Counted from the stretch's first letter, positions 1 through 12,529 are shown. The stretch is DNA of 64,000 bases from Octopus vulgaris (GCA_951406725.2 OX597835.1:47244001-47308000); one strand, 5' to 3'. Notes: generated by a model from the letters alone, not told the origin. Made by a program: numbers and translations.

Positions 1-45
<45 letters not shown>

Positions 46-56
46 TAGTATATTTG

Positions 57-117
<61 letters not shown>

Positions 118-120
118 TAG

Positions 121-151
<31 letters not shown>

Positions 152-155
152 ACAT

Positions 156-193
<38 letters not shown>

Positions 194-894
194 GTATGTA
201 TATATATATATATTTGTAATATATATATGTATGTATGTATATAAGTAAATATGTGTGTATATAAGTAAATATGTGTGTATGTATGTGTGTGTGTGTATTT
301 GTGTTGTGTGTGCATAAGTGATACACACACACACCTGAGGACACAACAAAATAGTTTCATTTGTATGCAAAGAGATTATGGAGTCAGGTTTAGTGTGTTA
401 CGGGTGGAGAACTGTCTAACACACGGTTAGGTGTTGACCTGTGTGTGTGTGCGTGAGAGATAGTCTATGTGAGTGTGTGTGTTTGCGTGGATGTGTGTGT
501 ACGTGTGTACATGCGTGTCACTATGTATGTGCGTCTGCGAGTGTGTGAAATTGCGCATATGCATGTGTTTGTAGCTTTGAGCGCGTGCATATGTGTGTGC
601 ATGTTTGTGAGTGTATGTGTGCGTGTCCCAGGATGTGCGTAACTTCTACGCAGATTATATACGCATGTGTTATAGGCGTGAGTTTATTTGAAATGTTTGC
701 ATTTTATTTTCATGGGTGTGTATGTGTGTATGAGAATGTGTGTGCGTAAACAAAATTATACAGACGATTTGATGTTTTACGGGTTTCTTTAATTTATTCA
801 TTAATTTGTGTGTAGATATCTTGTTTCAACTCGGAGAATAAATATATATTGATAGATCGGTAGCCACTACACACATTTTTTCTCTCTCCTTGTT

Positions 895-932
895 TCTTTC
901 TGTAGAAGAGCGTAGGCTCGAAACGTAAAAGA
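895..932 (+). ncRNA. minimal type I hammerhead-like motif, variant core CUGUAGA
   Basis: cttt-CTGTAGA-A-GAGC gtag GCTC-GAAA-CG-TA-aaag, inside a short repeat (~830-1022) ending at (TA)n. Confidence 0.55.
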
Positions 933-1020
933 CTTTTTCTATTCCTGAGCGTTATACTAATACATTTGTTTGTTTTGTACACCACCTGTCTTCGTCCTTT
1001 GTTTTTTCGTGAACTCCCCG

Positions 1021-1066
<46 letters not shown>

Positions 1067-1070
<4 letters not shown>

Positions 1071-1365
1071 TTGATCACCTTGACTGACCAGTCCGTCGGG
1101 CGTCCATTTGACACCGCTGGTCACAGCACGCTGTCCACTCCTCTCTGGATCACGTCTTTCACATCCACGTGATCCCATTCGCAACTCCACCGTCGTGGAG
1201 GCCTTCTGAGTGGTCGTTCAGACAACATCGATTTGATGGAGCGAGAGTGAACGAATGTGCGGCACGAACATTTGATCATTAGAAACAAACCATTTGTGCA
1301 GGTCGTTCGGCAAAACGGCTGAACGCTCATACGTTGTCTTCGACGGGAGAGGCCATCATTCACGT
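1067..1365 (-). mobile_element. decayed RTE-like LINE 3' end in (TA)n
   Basis: RPLRRPPRRW..GITWM*K..SREEWTACCDQR on the minus strand. Tail shared with the SINE at 26717-27023. Confidence 0.5.
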
Positions 1366-1984
1366 ATACACAAACACACACACACATGCTTATTCACATC
1401 AATCACATTAATCCTAAACTCAATATATCACATCTTCACCAGTTTTATTGAGAAGACCAAAGCAAAAATTGACTTCCTATATTTTTTATTTATCACAGAA
1501 TTTTTATTTCATATTTCCACATCTTTTTAACATATTTTACATTAATTTTAAATATACCAGGTAGGGTTGTATAGATCTGCAAATCTTCACACGTTAAATT
1601 GGGTTGTATAGGGCTTCCAATGCTTACATTTTCAATATAAATTTCATGAAGTCCACCAAAGATTATGCATTCAAATAGGGTAGTTGTTTAGCCCCATGTC
1701 TGGCCTGATTAAATAGATTTATAGTCAATGCAATGACAATCTAACCATGACCATCTGCATATTTTTTTTTGTATCTAAAACTACTTTTCACATTGGATTT
1801 TGTTGCAGACTCTGTTGTTATTTCTAGCAACTAGCTTTTGACCTGTAGAGGCCCCTCTGTCAACTCATTAAAATAGGTTGTATAAAGCTGCAAATGTTAA
1901 CATTTTAAAATGGGTTCTGTGGTTTTGTCAATGTTTAGATGTTAAAATGGATTTAATAGTTCTTCCAGTTTTTACATGTTAAAA

Positions 1985-2465
1985 ATGGGTTGTATAGGTC
2001 TGCAAATATTTGCATGTTGAAAGGGGTTGTATGGATCTGCAAATGTTCACATTATAAAAATCAGTTGTATAGGTCTGCAAATGCTCCCATGTTAAAATGG
2101 GTTGTATAGGTCTGCAAATATTTAAATGTTGAAAGGGGTTGTATAGGTCTGCAAATATTTAAACGTTGAAAGGGGTTGTATAGGTATGAAAATATTTAAA
2201 TGTTGAAAGGGTTGTATAGGTCTGCAAATATTTAAATGTTGAAAGGGGTTGTATAGGTCTGCAAATATTTAAACGTTGAAAGGGGTTGTATAGGTATGAA
2301 AATATTTAAATGTTGAAAGGGTTGTATAGGTCTGCAAATATTTAAATGGTGAAAGGGGTTGTATAGGTCTGCAAATGTTCAATGTCTCAATGTTAAAATG
2401 GGTTGGATCATTTGGATCATTCTTCCAGCATTTACATGTTTAAAATAGGTTGTACGGGTCTGAAC
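1985..2465. repeat. 37-bp minisatellite with 110-bp higher-order unit
   Basis: ggggttgtataggtctgcaaatatttaaatgttgaaa. The variant aaacgttgaa..ggtatgaa recurs at 2161 and 2271. Degenerate copies extend back to ~1560. Confidence 0.9.
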
Positions 2466-3348
2466 ATTCAGATATTAGCAGTGGATTTGATACAGGGTCC
2501 AGTTCATCACAAACACGAAAAAAAAAATGTTTGATATATTCAGGTTTTTGGCAAAAACTGGACAAACATCAAAAGCTCATACACACTCATGAACCAGAAA
2601 TGTTTTAAATGCAGTGAACCCTCAATTTAAAGAATTAAAAGAGAGAAGGTTTGTCAGTTAATGTTGATGACCCAGAAAACCAAAAGCAATTTAAGGGTCA
2701 CATTTCATGATTTTTTAATGCAAGGAAAAAAGCATTAATACACTTTACATTATAACAGATTATAAAAGTATAATAAGAAAAATATGTAATTGCTAATTAA
2801 TTTTATGATAGTGTAATTAAGGACTATTGTGTCATCAGATAAATTCGTTATTTTTGTCATTTATTTTCATTCTTTCCAATAAAACTTTAATTATTTTGTA
2901 TTTTTTATTTTTTACTTGTTTTAGTTGTTGGACTGAGGCCAGGCTGGAGCACTGCCGTGAAAGGGTTTAGTCAAGCAAGTCGACCCCTATATTTTTTTTT
3001 TCTTTTAGAGCCTGGTACTTATCCAATTGGTCTCTTTCGCTGAACCATTAAGTTACAGAGACATAAACAAACCAACAATGGCTGGCAAGTGGTGGTACAG
3101 GACAAACATAAGCACAAGCACACACACACACATAAATGTAAGTACATAAAAGCAAAACAAAGTGGAAAAGAATAGTACTCAAATACCAAAGGTAGAGTAA
3201 TATGCTTTTGTTATGGCTGCAGAAATCTTCACAAATTTAGAGCTTCATGTTATCATTTGTTGGACAGTTTTTGGTCACAACTGTCCATGAAATGGAAATA
3301 GGAAACACAGAGTAACAGTTTGTGAACACTATTGCAACTTTAATAAAA

Positions 3349-3692
3349 GGAGTGGCTGTGTGGTAAGTAGCTTGCTAACCAACCACATGGTTCCAGGTTC
3401 AGTCCCACTGCATGGCATCTTGGGCAAGTGTCTTCTGCTATAGCCCTGGGCCGACCAATGCCTTGTGAGTGGATTTGGTAGACGAAAACTGAAAGAAGCC
3501 TGTCGTATATATGTATATATATATGTGTGTGTGTGTTTGTCCCCCTAGCATTGCTTGACAACCGATGCTGGTGTGTTTACATCCCCGTCACTTAGCGGTC
3601 TGGGTTTACAAAGTATAAGTCCTGGGATCGATTTGCTTAACTAAAGGCGGTGCTCCAGCATGGCCGCAGTCAAATGACTGAAACAAGCAAAA
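3349..3692 (+). mobile_element. SINE family B (tRNA-like head, CORE-like ccttgggcaagtg motif, internal microsatellite)
   Basis: ggagtggctgtgtggtaag..ggttcagtccc..ttgggcaagtgtcttct..ctccagcatggccgcagtcaaatgactgaaacaag. Other copies at ~10895-11290, 23765-24240, 30575-30955, 36590-36992, 54080-54400 and 59910-60130. Confidence 0.82.
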
Positions 3693-4749
3693 AATTTAAA
3701 AAAAAAAAAAAGTATATATCAAACATTAAGGCACAGCAAACAACTGAAGTCGTAGACAGTATTGAGATGTTTGCCTTGCTTTAATGTTTGCTGTCCTGTT
3801 TAACAATTATATATCCTCTGCATTGGAAATATGCAGAGACTCCATTGCTACCATCTTGGCTGTAACCTTGGGGCCCAAGGTAATCCATCACAGCACTTAC
3901 TTAACGTACCTAATTATTTAGATCACCTGTGAACTAAACCCCTATAGTTTATATATATATATATACAGACACAATAGGCTTCTTTCAGTTTCTGTCTAAC
4001 AAATCCATTCACAAGGCTTTGGTTAGCCTCAAGCTACAGCAGAAGACACTTACCCAAGGTACCATGAGGTGGAACTGAACCCAAAACCATGTGGTTGAGA
4101 AGTAAGCTCCTTACCACACAGCCATGCCTCTGTGCCTACAACACAAAAACTTAATACAAAAAAATATATTCATTGTAGTGACTCATGGGTGGGGTTGTAG
4201 CTCTATTCTTCCTCTGCACCTTTCATTTATCCTTTTAAAATTTGTAGGAATTTTACCTTTTTTTTTTCAGGCATACGATGATGAAATGCCACATGTGAAG
4301 AAAACAAAAAGTTAGATTCAATGAACTCATCTGACAATTCAATTCTTTGCCCCTGACCACAACAGGGTTTCGGTATTGTGTCACTATTATTTGGTCTGGA
4401 ATTTGTTCAACAGGGTTTCATCAGGGAGAGGATTTACTGTATGCATTTCCACCTCCATCAAATAGAGTGACTCGTCCAAGGGGAGAAGAACAGAGGTGGT
4501 TTGCAGGGAGTCGATTCATAGCTCATGGTGGTTGCACTGCTTTTGTACAAAGGGATATTGCACCAAATATATTTGCAGCAGTTATCATCATCATCATCAT
4601 CCACATCATTACTATCGTTGACTTCATTAACAATAACAACAGCAACAACAACAATAATATGACCATCACCATAACAACGGTTGTAATTGTTTTGGAACAT
4701 TTAAATGTCTGTCTTGCATGAGAAATATGTCAGTGGTGCCACTCCCACT

Positions 4750-5480
4750 TTCAGTGAGGTGGGCAGGGTCATTGTACCAGATGACTTTCAGTGAGGTCAA
4801 TGTAACCTCAATTTCAGATGACCTTCAGTGAGGTCAATGTAACCTCAATCTCAGATGACCTTCAGTGAGGTCAATGTAACCTCAATCTCAGATGACCTTC
4901 AGTGAGGTCAAATAGATTCAATCACGAATGACCTACAGTTAGGTCAATATAAACTTAATCATGATTCGTATTCAGTGAGAGCAATATAGCCTCAATCAAA
5001 GATGACCTTCAGTGGTCAATGTAACATTCAGTGATCCCAGTCCCTGATGACCTCACAAGAACAATATAACATTAATCCTTGATTTACTTCAATGAGGTCA
5101 ATGTAACCACAATTATTGATGACCATCATTATGGTCAGCATGGCCCTTGTGTAAGGTGGCCTTAGTGAGATCAATATAAACTCAATGATTTGTTACCTTC
5201 ACTGAGGTCAATTTAACATCAACCACTGATGATATTCAGGGAGCCCTATGTAACCCCAATCACTGATGAACCTTAAAAAAACTCAATATGCTCCCTATCA
5301 ATCAAAACCCTCTCTGATGTTATTGTAACCTTTTTGACCATAATGCTTCAGTGCAAACGAAGTTTCCTGTCACTGACCACCTCCAGGTGAGGTCAACATA
5401 ATTTCTGTCACAGATTACCTTTTTTGTGAGGTCAACATGTTTCCTTATATTGGTGGCCTTTGAAGAGGTCACCAGCCCCA
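4750..5480. repeat. 37-bp minisatellite containing AGGTCA/TGACCT motifs
   Basis: tcagtgaggtcaatgtaacctcaatctcagatgacct, near-perfect at 4788-4910 and decaying to ~5480. Confidence 0.85.
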
Positions 5481-7548
5481 TTACTGATGAACTTAAATGT
5501 AGTCCCTGTCACTACTGACCAACTGACCATCAACTTGGTCAAAACAGTCTACACCCGTCACTTTGTAGTCTAGCAGTCATAACAACTTTTAGTTTTCCTT
5601 TGCTTTGCCCAGAAACACACACACACACACACATATGCATGCTTACAAACTCCACACTCATACACAGAAAAAAAAATACAGAAGCTCATATACATACATA
5701 CACATACATATATATATATGTGTGTATATCCATAAATATATATATATACATACCTGTACATATCCTATATACATATATATCCATGCATATAAGTATTTAT
5801 TTTTACACATATACGTATATATATTTATATACATATCATATATTATATACACATTCATACATACACATGCACATATATACATATAAACACAAGCATGCAA
5901 ACACACACACACACAATATGGTGGAACAAACTAAACAAAAAAAGGCCTTTGAAAAATTAACGACCTTGAGGTAATTAATGGCTTTGAAGAAATTAATGGC
6001 CTTGACAAAATTAATGGCCAGGAATGTGCACAAGTTATTCATCCAAAAACCCAGTCTTCAGCAATGTGTGTGACAGAGACGATGATGATAATAATAGCAT
6101 GATTTATAACATAGACGTAAGGGCATGGAATGCAGTCAATTTAAATTGACCCCAATACGTGACTGGTATTTATTTTATCAACCTGGAACAATGGAAGGCA
6201 AAGTTAACCTCAGCAGGATTTGAACTCAGAATGTGAAGGACCATAACTAAACAGTATAGGGCATTATTAAGTTCAATGCTTTATCATTTCATTCATCATC
6301 ACAATAATAATGATAATGATGATGATGATAATAATGGTTTCAAATTTTGGCACAAGGCCAGAAATTTCAGGGCAGGGGATTAGTCAGTTACATGAATCCC
6401 CAGTGTTCAACTGGTGCCAAAAGGATGACAGGCAAGGTCGACCTCGGTGGAATTTGAACTCAGAACAAGAGGATGGATGAAATGCCACAAACCATTGTGC
6501 CCAGTGTGGTAACAACTCTGCCAGCTCACCACCTTCCAATAATAATAATAATAATAATAAATACCAGGCAGTGGCTCTCGTGGCTTCTGATCTTAACTGA
6601 TTGGAAGTGTTATCATGTACATTGTTTTGTCTCCATATAAAAGATGGGCTACAGCAAATATTCTGCTCAATACCACAGATTTGCTTGTCAGTTGTTTGAC
6701 CGTAACCAGTTGAGCATGTCCCTTAGTGGCTGACGATATGTGCATCTCTGATCATGAACAGGAATAATGGAGGCGTATCATAGCCATGTGTTGAGAGGGA
6801 TTCTTTGGGGTTTGAATAATTCACCTCTGGAAACATGGGTGTTTTGTTCATCATCCTTAAACAACCCTTATTCAGGGACCTTTTGAGCAGGATGGGTTAC
6901 TCGACCTGAAGAAAATTATAACTGGGTCCCCACCTGCAAGGTCATGTGATATTTGTCTTGATATGAGATTACCATGTTGTGCACATATGGCTGTGATGCA
7001 TGTGCCTGGTGTACCCTTATCAGACGGGTAGTCATGATGGGTATACTGGGCTTTGTCTATTTTCACCCCAGTGTCACTTTGATGGCATGCATTGCTCTCT
7101 TACTTATTAATAATAATGATAATAATAATAATGTTTCAAATTCTGGTACAGGGTGAACAGTTATTGAAGGGGTTGGAAGTCAATTACATCAACCCCCAAG
7201 ACTCAACTGGATCTTATTTAATCAACCCTGAAAGGATGAAGGGCAAAGTTGACCTCGGAGGAATTTGAATCGAGAATGTAAAGACAGACGAAATGCCACT
7301 AAGCATTTTCTCTGCCATGCTACGGATTTAGCCAGCTTGCCACTTTATGTAATAATAATAATAATCATCATCATTATCATTTAACGTCCGCTTTCCATGC
7401 TAGCATGGGTTGGACGATTTTGACTGAGGGCTGGCGAACCAGATGGCTGCACCAGGCTCCAATCTTGATCTGGCAGAGTTTCTACAGCTGGATGCCCTTC
7501 CTAATGCCAACCACTCCGAGAGTGTAGTGGGTGCTTTTTACATGCCAC

Positions 7549-7596
<48 letters not shown>

Positions 7597-8324
7597 TCAA
7601 GAGCTACCAGAGAGTGCAAACCTCTGCCAAGGCAACACCAATGTCCTCTCAAAGATTAGCCAGTGATGAATTTTAAAATGAGAATATCTGAAATAAACTT
7701 GACTGCTCTCACAAACGAGAATACTGAAAATGAACCTGACTGCTATCAAAAATTAAATAAAAAAACAAAAAATAATCCAGAATCCTTGTCTGGTACCAGA
7801 TCAATCTCAAAATCTAATCAGTTCATATCATTCACGAGGCCAAACATCCCTGAAAGTTTCACCTGAATCCATCCAGCGGTTCTTGAGATATCTTGTCCAC
7901 GGACAAACAAACACAACTGAAAACAATACCTCCGCCTTCACTAAGGCAGAGGTAATAATAATGATAATAATAATAATAATAACTGCTCTATTGAGGACAG
8001 CTAGGATTTCAAGGTTGGTGCTCGGGTGTTGAATGTCTTCCACGGTAAGTTAACACCCTAGTATCAAAGCTTACAATTTATAGAAAGAGAAGTAAAATAA
8101 TAATAATAATCTTTTCTACTCTAGGCACAAGGCCCGAAATTTTGGGGGAGGAGGCCAGACAATTAGATCAACTCCAGTATACAACTGGTACTTAATTTAT
8201 CAACCCCCAAAACGATGAAAGGTAAAGTCGACCTCAGCAGAATTAGAACACAGAATGTAAAGACAAACGAAATACCACTAAGCATTTCGCCCGGCATGCT
8301 AACATTTCTGCCGGCTTGCCACCT

Positions 8325-8361
<37 letters not shown>

Positions 8362-8447
8362 TAATAATGGGTTCTATATTTAAGAGATGAGGAAATATTT
8401 ACATTATTTACATTTGACGGATATTTGTCCTCATCTTGTTTGTTGTT

Positions 8448-8493
8448 AACACAACGTTTCGGCTGATAAACCCTCCAGCCTTCATCAGGTGTC
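8448..8493 (-). ncRNA. type I hammerhead ribozyme motif (intact core, extra A, palindromic stem III)
   Basis: Minus strand gacac-CTGATGA-A-GGCTG..CAGCC-GAAA-CG-TT-gtgtt. Confidence 0.8.
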
Positions 8494-8549
8494 TTGGGGA
8501 AATTTCGAACCTGGGTTCTCATTCCTGAGGTATTTTTCGATATTGTCCA

Positions 8550-8621
8550 CGGGCATATGATGTAGTGGTTAAGAGCGCGGGCTACTAACCCCAAGGTTTC
8601 AAGTTTGATTCCAGGCAGTGA

Positions 8622-8652
<31 letters not shown>

Positions 8653-8792
8653 TTCAAAAAATACCTTAGGAATGAGAACAGAGTTTCAAAATTTCCCCAA
8701 GACACTTGAAGGAGGCTGGAGGGTATATCAGCCGAAACATTGTGTTAACAACAAACAAGATGAGGACAAATATCTGTCAAATGTAAATAATG
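8550..8792 (+). mobile_element. tRNA-headed SINE-like element carrying a mutated hammerhead
   Basis: tRNA-like head 8550-8623 (A box TGTAGTGGTTAAG, stem-loop ggg-CTACTAA-ccc, B box GTTTGATTCC), then (TAA)n, then a degenerate hammerhead at 8701-8746. An inverted headless copy lies at ~8395-8540. Confidence 0.7.
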
Positions 8793-9097
8793 ATGGTTTC
8801 AAATTCTGCCACAAGGCCAATCATTTTGGAGGAGGGGACTAGTCAATTACATTGACCCCCATTTTTTTTTCTGGTACATAATTTATTGATCACCTGAAAG
8901 GATGAAAAGCAAAGTCGACCTCAGTGAAATTTGAACTCTGAACGTGAAGACAGACGAAATGCCGCTCTCAGCATTTTTGCCTGGATTGCTAAGAATTCTA
9001 CAAGCTTGTCATCTTTAATAACAATAATGATGATGACGATGATGATGATGTTAATGATAATAACAATTCCTCTCAATAACGTTCAACATGTTTTGCT

Positions 9098-9867
9098 TCA
9101 GACCCTAGTTCTTTGTTGTGCTTCGCAATCATCACCCTCATCCTCATCATCCTCCTCATCGTCCTCCTCTTCCTCTTCCTCATCATCATCTTCATCGCCA
9201 CCATTATCATCATCATCATCATCATCGTCATCTTCAACATCCTCCTCCTCCTCTACCTCTTCCTCATCATTTCTTTCCATGACATCATCATCATCCTCAT
9301 CGTCCTCATCCTCATTCCCATCCTCTTCTTCGTCATCATTACCACCTCGACCGTCATCAATGTTGTTAGACGTGTCTAGGTGGAGGTGGCCACAGTTTGC
9401 AGACTGCTGGAGCACAGCTACCTTCCCACCTCCACCACCAACACCACTATCATTCGCACCACCATCACCAGCAGCAGCAGCAACAACACCAACAGCAGCA
9501 GCATCACCAACAGCAGCAGTACTCCGGCTCCCCTTACACGTGCCACTGTGCCGTTTCAAGTGGTACTTTGTATAGAATGACTTGTGGCACTTCCCACAAG
9601 TGAAGTTCCGTTCTCCAGAATGAATCTTCAGATGCTTCTTGAAGTTCTGCATTTTGTAGAAACTCTTGTCACAATGCGAACAGCTGAAGAGCTTCTCGCG
9701 GGTGTGTTGGTATTCATGCTGTTTGAGGTCTGAAGAACGAGAGAACATCTTCTCACAGAACTGGCATTGCAGCTTCTTCTCACCTGTGTGAGTGAACATG
9801 TGGGACGTCAGATGAGCTTTCTGACGGAACTGTTTCTTACAGACGCTGCATGGAAATTTTCTCTCAC
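9098..9867 (-). CDS. PRDM4: PRDM4-like, last coding exon: zinc fingers 4-7 (last is CCHC) plus Ala/Gly-rich and D/E-rich tail
   Basis: Acceptor cag|GT at 9868/9867, phase 1. GERKFPCSVCKKQFRQKAHLTSH...DLKQH...FYTKYHLKRHSGTCKG matches recalled vertebrate PRDM4 fingers (QKAHLESH, DLKQH, TKYHLTRHLKTCKG). Stop TGA at 9100-9098. Confidence 0.92.
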
Positions 9868-11376
9868 CTGAATGGAGCAAAAGGTAAAACAATATAATTA
9901 CATCAAATTAAATAATTAAATGAAAGTGTTTTGTGAATATATTAAAATAGCAACATGGTAAAATATAAACTTATCAAATTCAATATATTACAATGTCAAT
10001 TTTTTTATTAAAAATCTTGGAAACATCAGAGTGGGTTGGTATTTTACGGAAAATGAAGACAATTTTGAAGACAGGAGAGTTGTGAAAACAGCCTAGAAAA
10101 TCTAACAGTCTGGAAAAATGAACCCTGTACTTCTCTGAGAGAGGTACAGTGTTCAATTTTCTGTAGATGTCTGCTGGTAACTTTTTTCCATCTTCTCAAG
10201 GTATTTACCCAATTTTCTAGGCTGTTTTCACAGTTATCCCAGATTTGAATTTATTTCATTTTCTATAAGATGCAGATGTACTAAAATTGACATGTCAACA
10301 TAGCTCATGTCAAAATTTTAAATTGTCAACATATTAGACAGTCAGTTTGTTAAAATCTCAACATAGCATAATGTCAATAAAGTAGAATGTCGACATTTTA
10401 AAACGTCATCATGTAACAATATTATTTTACAATGTCAACATAGTTAAGTGTCACTTTTTTAAAATGTTGACACATCAAGTACCACCATATTAAACATTCT
10501 TTTCTACTTTAGGCACAAGGCCCAGTTGATTACATTGACCCCCAGGACGCAACTGGTACTTAATTTATCTACCCCAAAGGGATGAAAGGTAAAGTCGACC
10601 TCGGTGGAATTTGAACACAGAACGTAAAGACAAATGAAATACTGCTAAGCATTACGCCCAGCGTGCTAAAGATTCTGCCAACTCACCGCCTTAACCATGT
10701 TCAATATTGACACAGCAAATGTCAACTTTTTATTGTTTAATGTCACTGTATAAAATATCAAAGCATCAAAACGCTCATATATTGAAATATCAACAGAAAT
10801 AATCTCAACCTATCGGACTGGAAACATATTCAGATGCTAACATATTAGAATATCACCATTTAAAAATATGTCAGCATTTTACAACTTCAACATGCATAGC
10901 TGTGTGGAAAAAAGTTGGCTTCTCAACCACATGGCTCTGGGTTCAGTCCCACTGCACAGCACCTTTGGCAAGTGTCTTCTAACATAGCCCCAGGCCGACC
11001 AATGGATTTGGTAGATGAAAACTGAAAGAAAACCGTTGTGTACATATATATATATATGATTGATTGTCTTTGTGTTCTGTGTTTGTCCCCTACCACTACT
11101 TGACAACCGGTGTCGGTGTGTTTACATCCCCATAACCTAGCAGTTCAGCAAAGAGACCAATAGAATAGGTATCAGGCTTTAAACAAAAGAATATAAGTAC
11201 TGGGGTCGATTTATTTGACTAAAATTCTTTCAGGTGGTGCCCCAGCACGGCAGCAGTCTGATGACTGAAACAAGTTAAAGAGTAAAAGAATAGTAAGATT
11301 CACTGCCTGGCTGACCAAGTCAATGAAATGAAAATGCAGCAAAGAAATTCATTCAACCATGTCATGTGGTACTTAC

Positions 11377-11652
11377 CTGTGTGAATGGACTGGTGCGTAC
11401 GGAGATTGCTTTGGTCTGTGAATCGCTTCCCACACTGGGAACAAGAGTGGGGCTTGGCACCGATGTGGGTCAGTAGATGCGTCTTTAACTTGGTCATTGA
11501 CGTAAAACCTCTGTTACAAAATTGGCAGTGCCATCGGCGAACACTGACATCGGGATGCATTGACCTAACATGCTGCGCCAGGAGTTTGTGACTGGCGAAT
11601 GGTTTTCTGCAAACGCAACAGTTCAAGGTAACGTTGGCCTTCAGTGGCACAC
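11377..11652 (-). CDS. PRDM4: PRDM4-like exon: zinc fingers 1-3
   Basis: cag|GT GTG CCA ... ACA G|gtaagt, 276 nt, phase 1-1. Encodes GVP..CCVCRKPF..H..MH, CQFC..H..TH and CSQCGKRFTDQSNLRTHQSIHTG. Confidence 0.93.
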
Positions 11653-11827
11653 CTGTGGGTAATAGCAACAACAACATTATACGTATCAATCAATCAATCA
11701 ATATATATAAAAAGACATTTTAAGATCCACAAAGATCAGAAATTATCTGCAGCCATTGGTGTTCCTAATTGAATTTGCAATCTATGTGGGTGTCTTTTCA
11801 CTATATTGTCAAGTTTAAGAAGCCACA

Positions 11828-12215
11828 CCATGCTGGATCATAGATATAGCATGCCCAGCTGACAACAAGGTATGTGATAAGGAAGGAAGAAAAGTCGATA
11901 GATATGACAGGTTAGCTTGGGAAGTTAAGCAGTTGTGGTCAATGAAAACGGTAGCAGCAGTACCAATAATTGTCGGAGCCCTGAGAACAGTGAGCAAAAA
12001 TCTCAAGAAGTACGTGGAACAAATACGGGCTGCAATAAGGGTGGTGCACTTGCAGAAAACAGCACTTCTTGGAACTGCTCGAATATTCCAGAAGGTGCTC
12101 GAAAAATAATAGGTGTTACCTTAGTTCACAGGTAGTGAACAGCTGACACCATAGTACATCTCCAGCATTAGAAGCTGTGCAAAGGCAATTATAATAATAA
12201 TAATAATAATAATAA
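11828..12215 (+). mobile_element. R4/Dong-like non-LTR retrotransposon 3' fragment (restriction-like endonuclease C-terminus)
   Basis: Open frame 11831-12109 CWIIDIACPAD..KE..K..RY..L..E...LW...VPIIVGAL.TV...LQKTALLGTARI..KVL*, then a short 3'UTR and (TAA)n. Confidence 0.8.
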
Positions 12216-12312
12216 AAAGGGTTAAGCTTGCATGTGTTTGTGGTGAAAGAAGAAACGAGCATACAAAGGACAAGCTGGAGCAAAACATAATAAGTCAGTC
12301 CGTCCGTCTTAC

Positions 12313-12529
12313 CTAACGTACTCGCATAATCGTTGGAGTACCAGACCAAGAGTTCTTGGTGTGGTTGAACATCACAGCATGTCATGAAGTAAATACTATA
12401 TTGCTGTTGGTACGCTACCAAGTTCTGCTCCTCTGGTGACCGAGCTGGTTTCACGAACATCATCCAGTTGCACTCATTCTCATCACTGACATCAAGGGCA
12501 TCAGCAGTTTGTCCATCTTTGGAGAAGAT
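12313..12529 (-). CDS. PRDM4: PRDM4-like exon: C-terminal half of PR/SET domain
   Basis: cag|ATC ... TTA G|gtaaga, 217 nt, phase 0-1. DENECNWMMFVKPARSPEEQNLVAYQ...ELLVWYSNDYA is the PR-domain signature. Confidence 0.95.

Noticed and set aside
4347-4721. ORFs on both strands downstream of PRDM4
   Set aside because: No domain similarity, driven by triplet repeats, and no convincing splice link.
8550-8623. Possible tRNA gene (ACT anticodon)
   Set aside because: Acceptor and T stems are imperfect and it is fused to a repeat body. Treated as a SINE head, as are the other tRNA-like heads.
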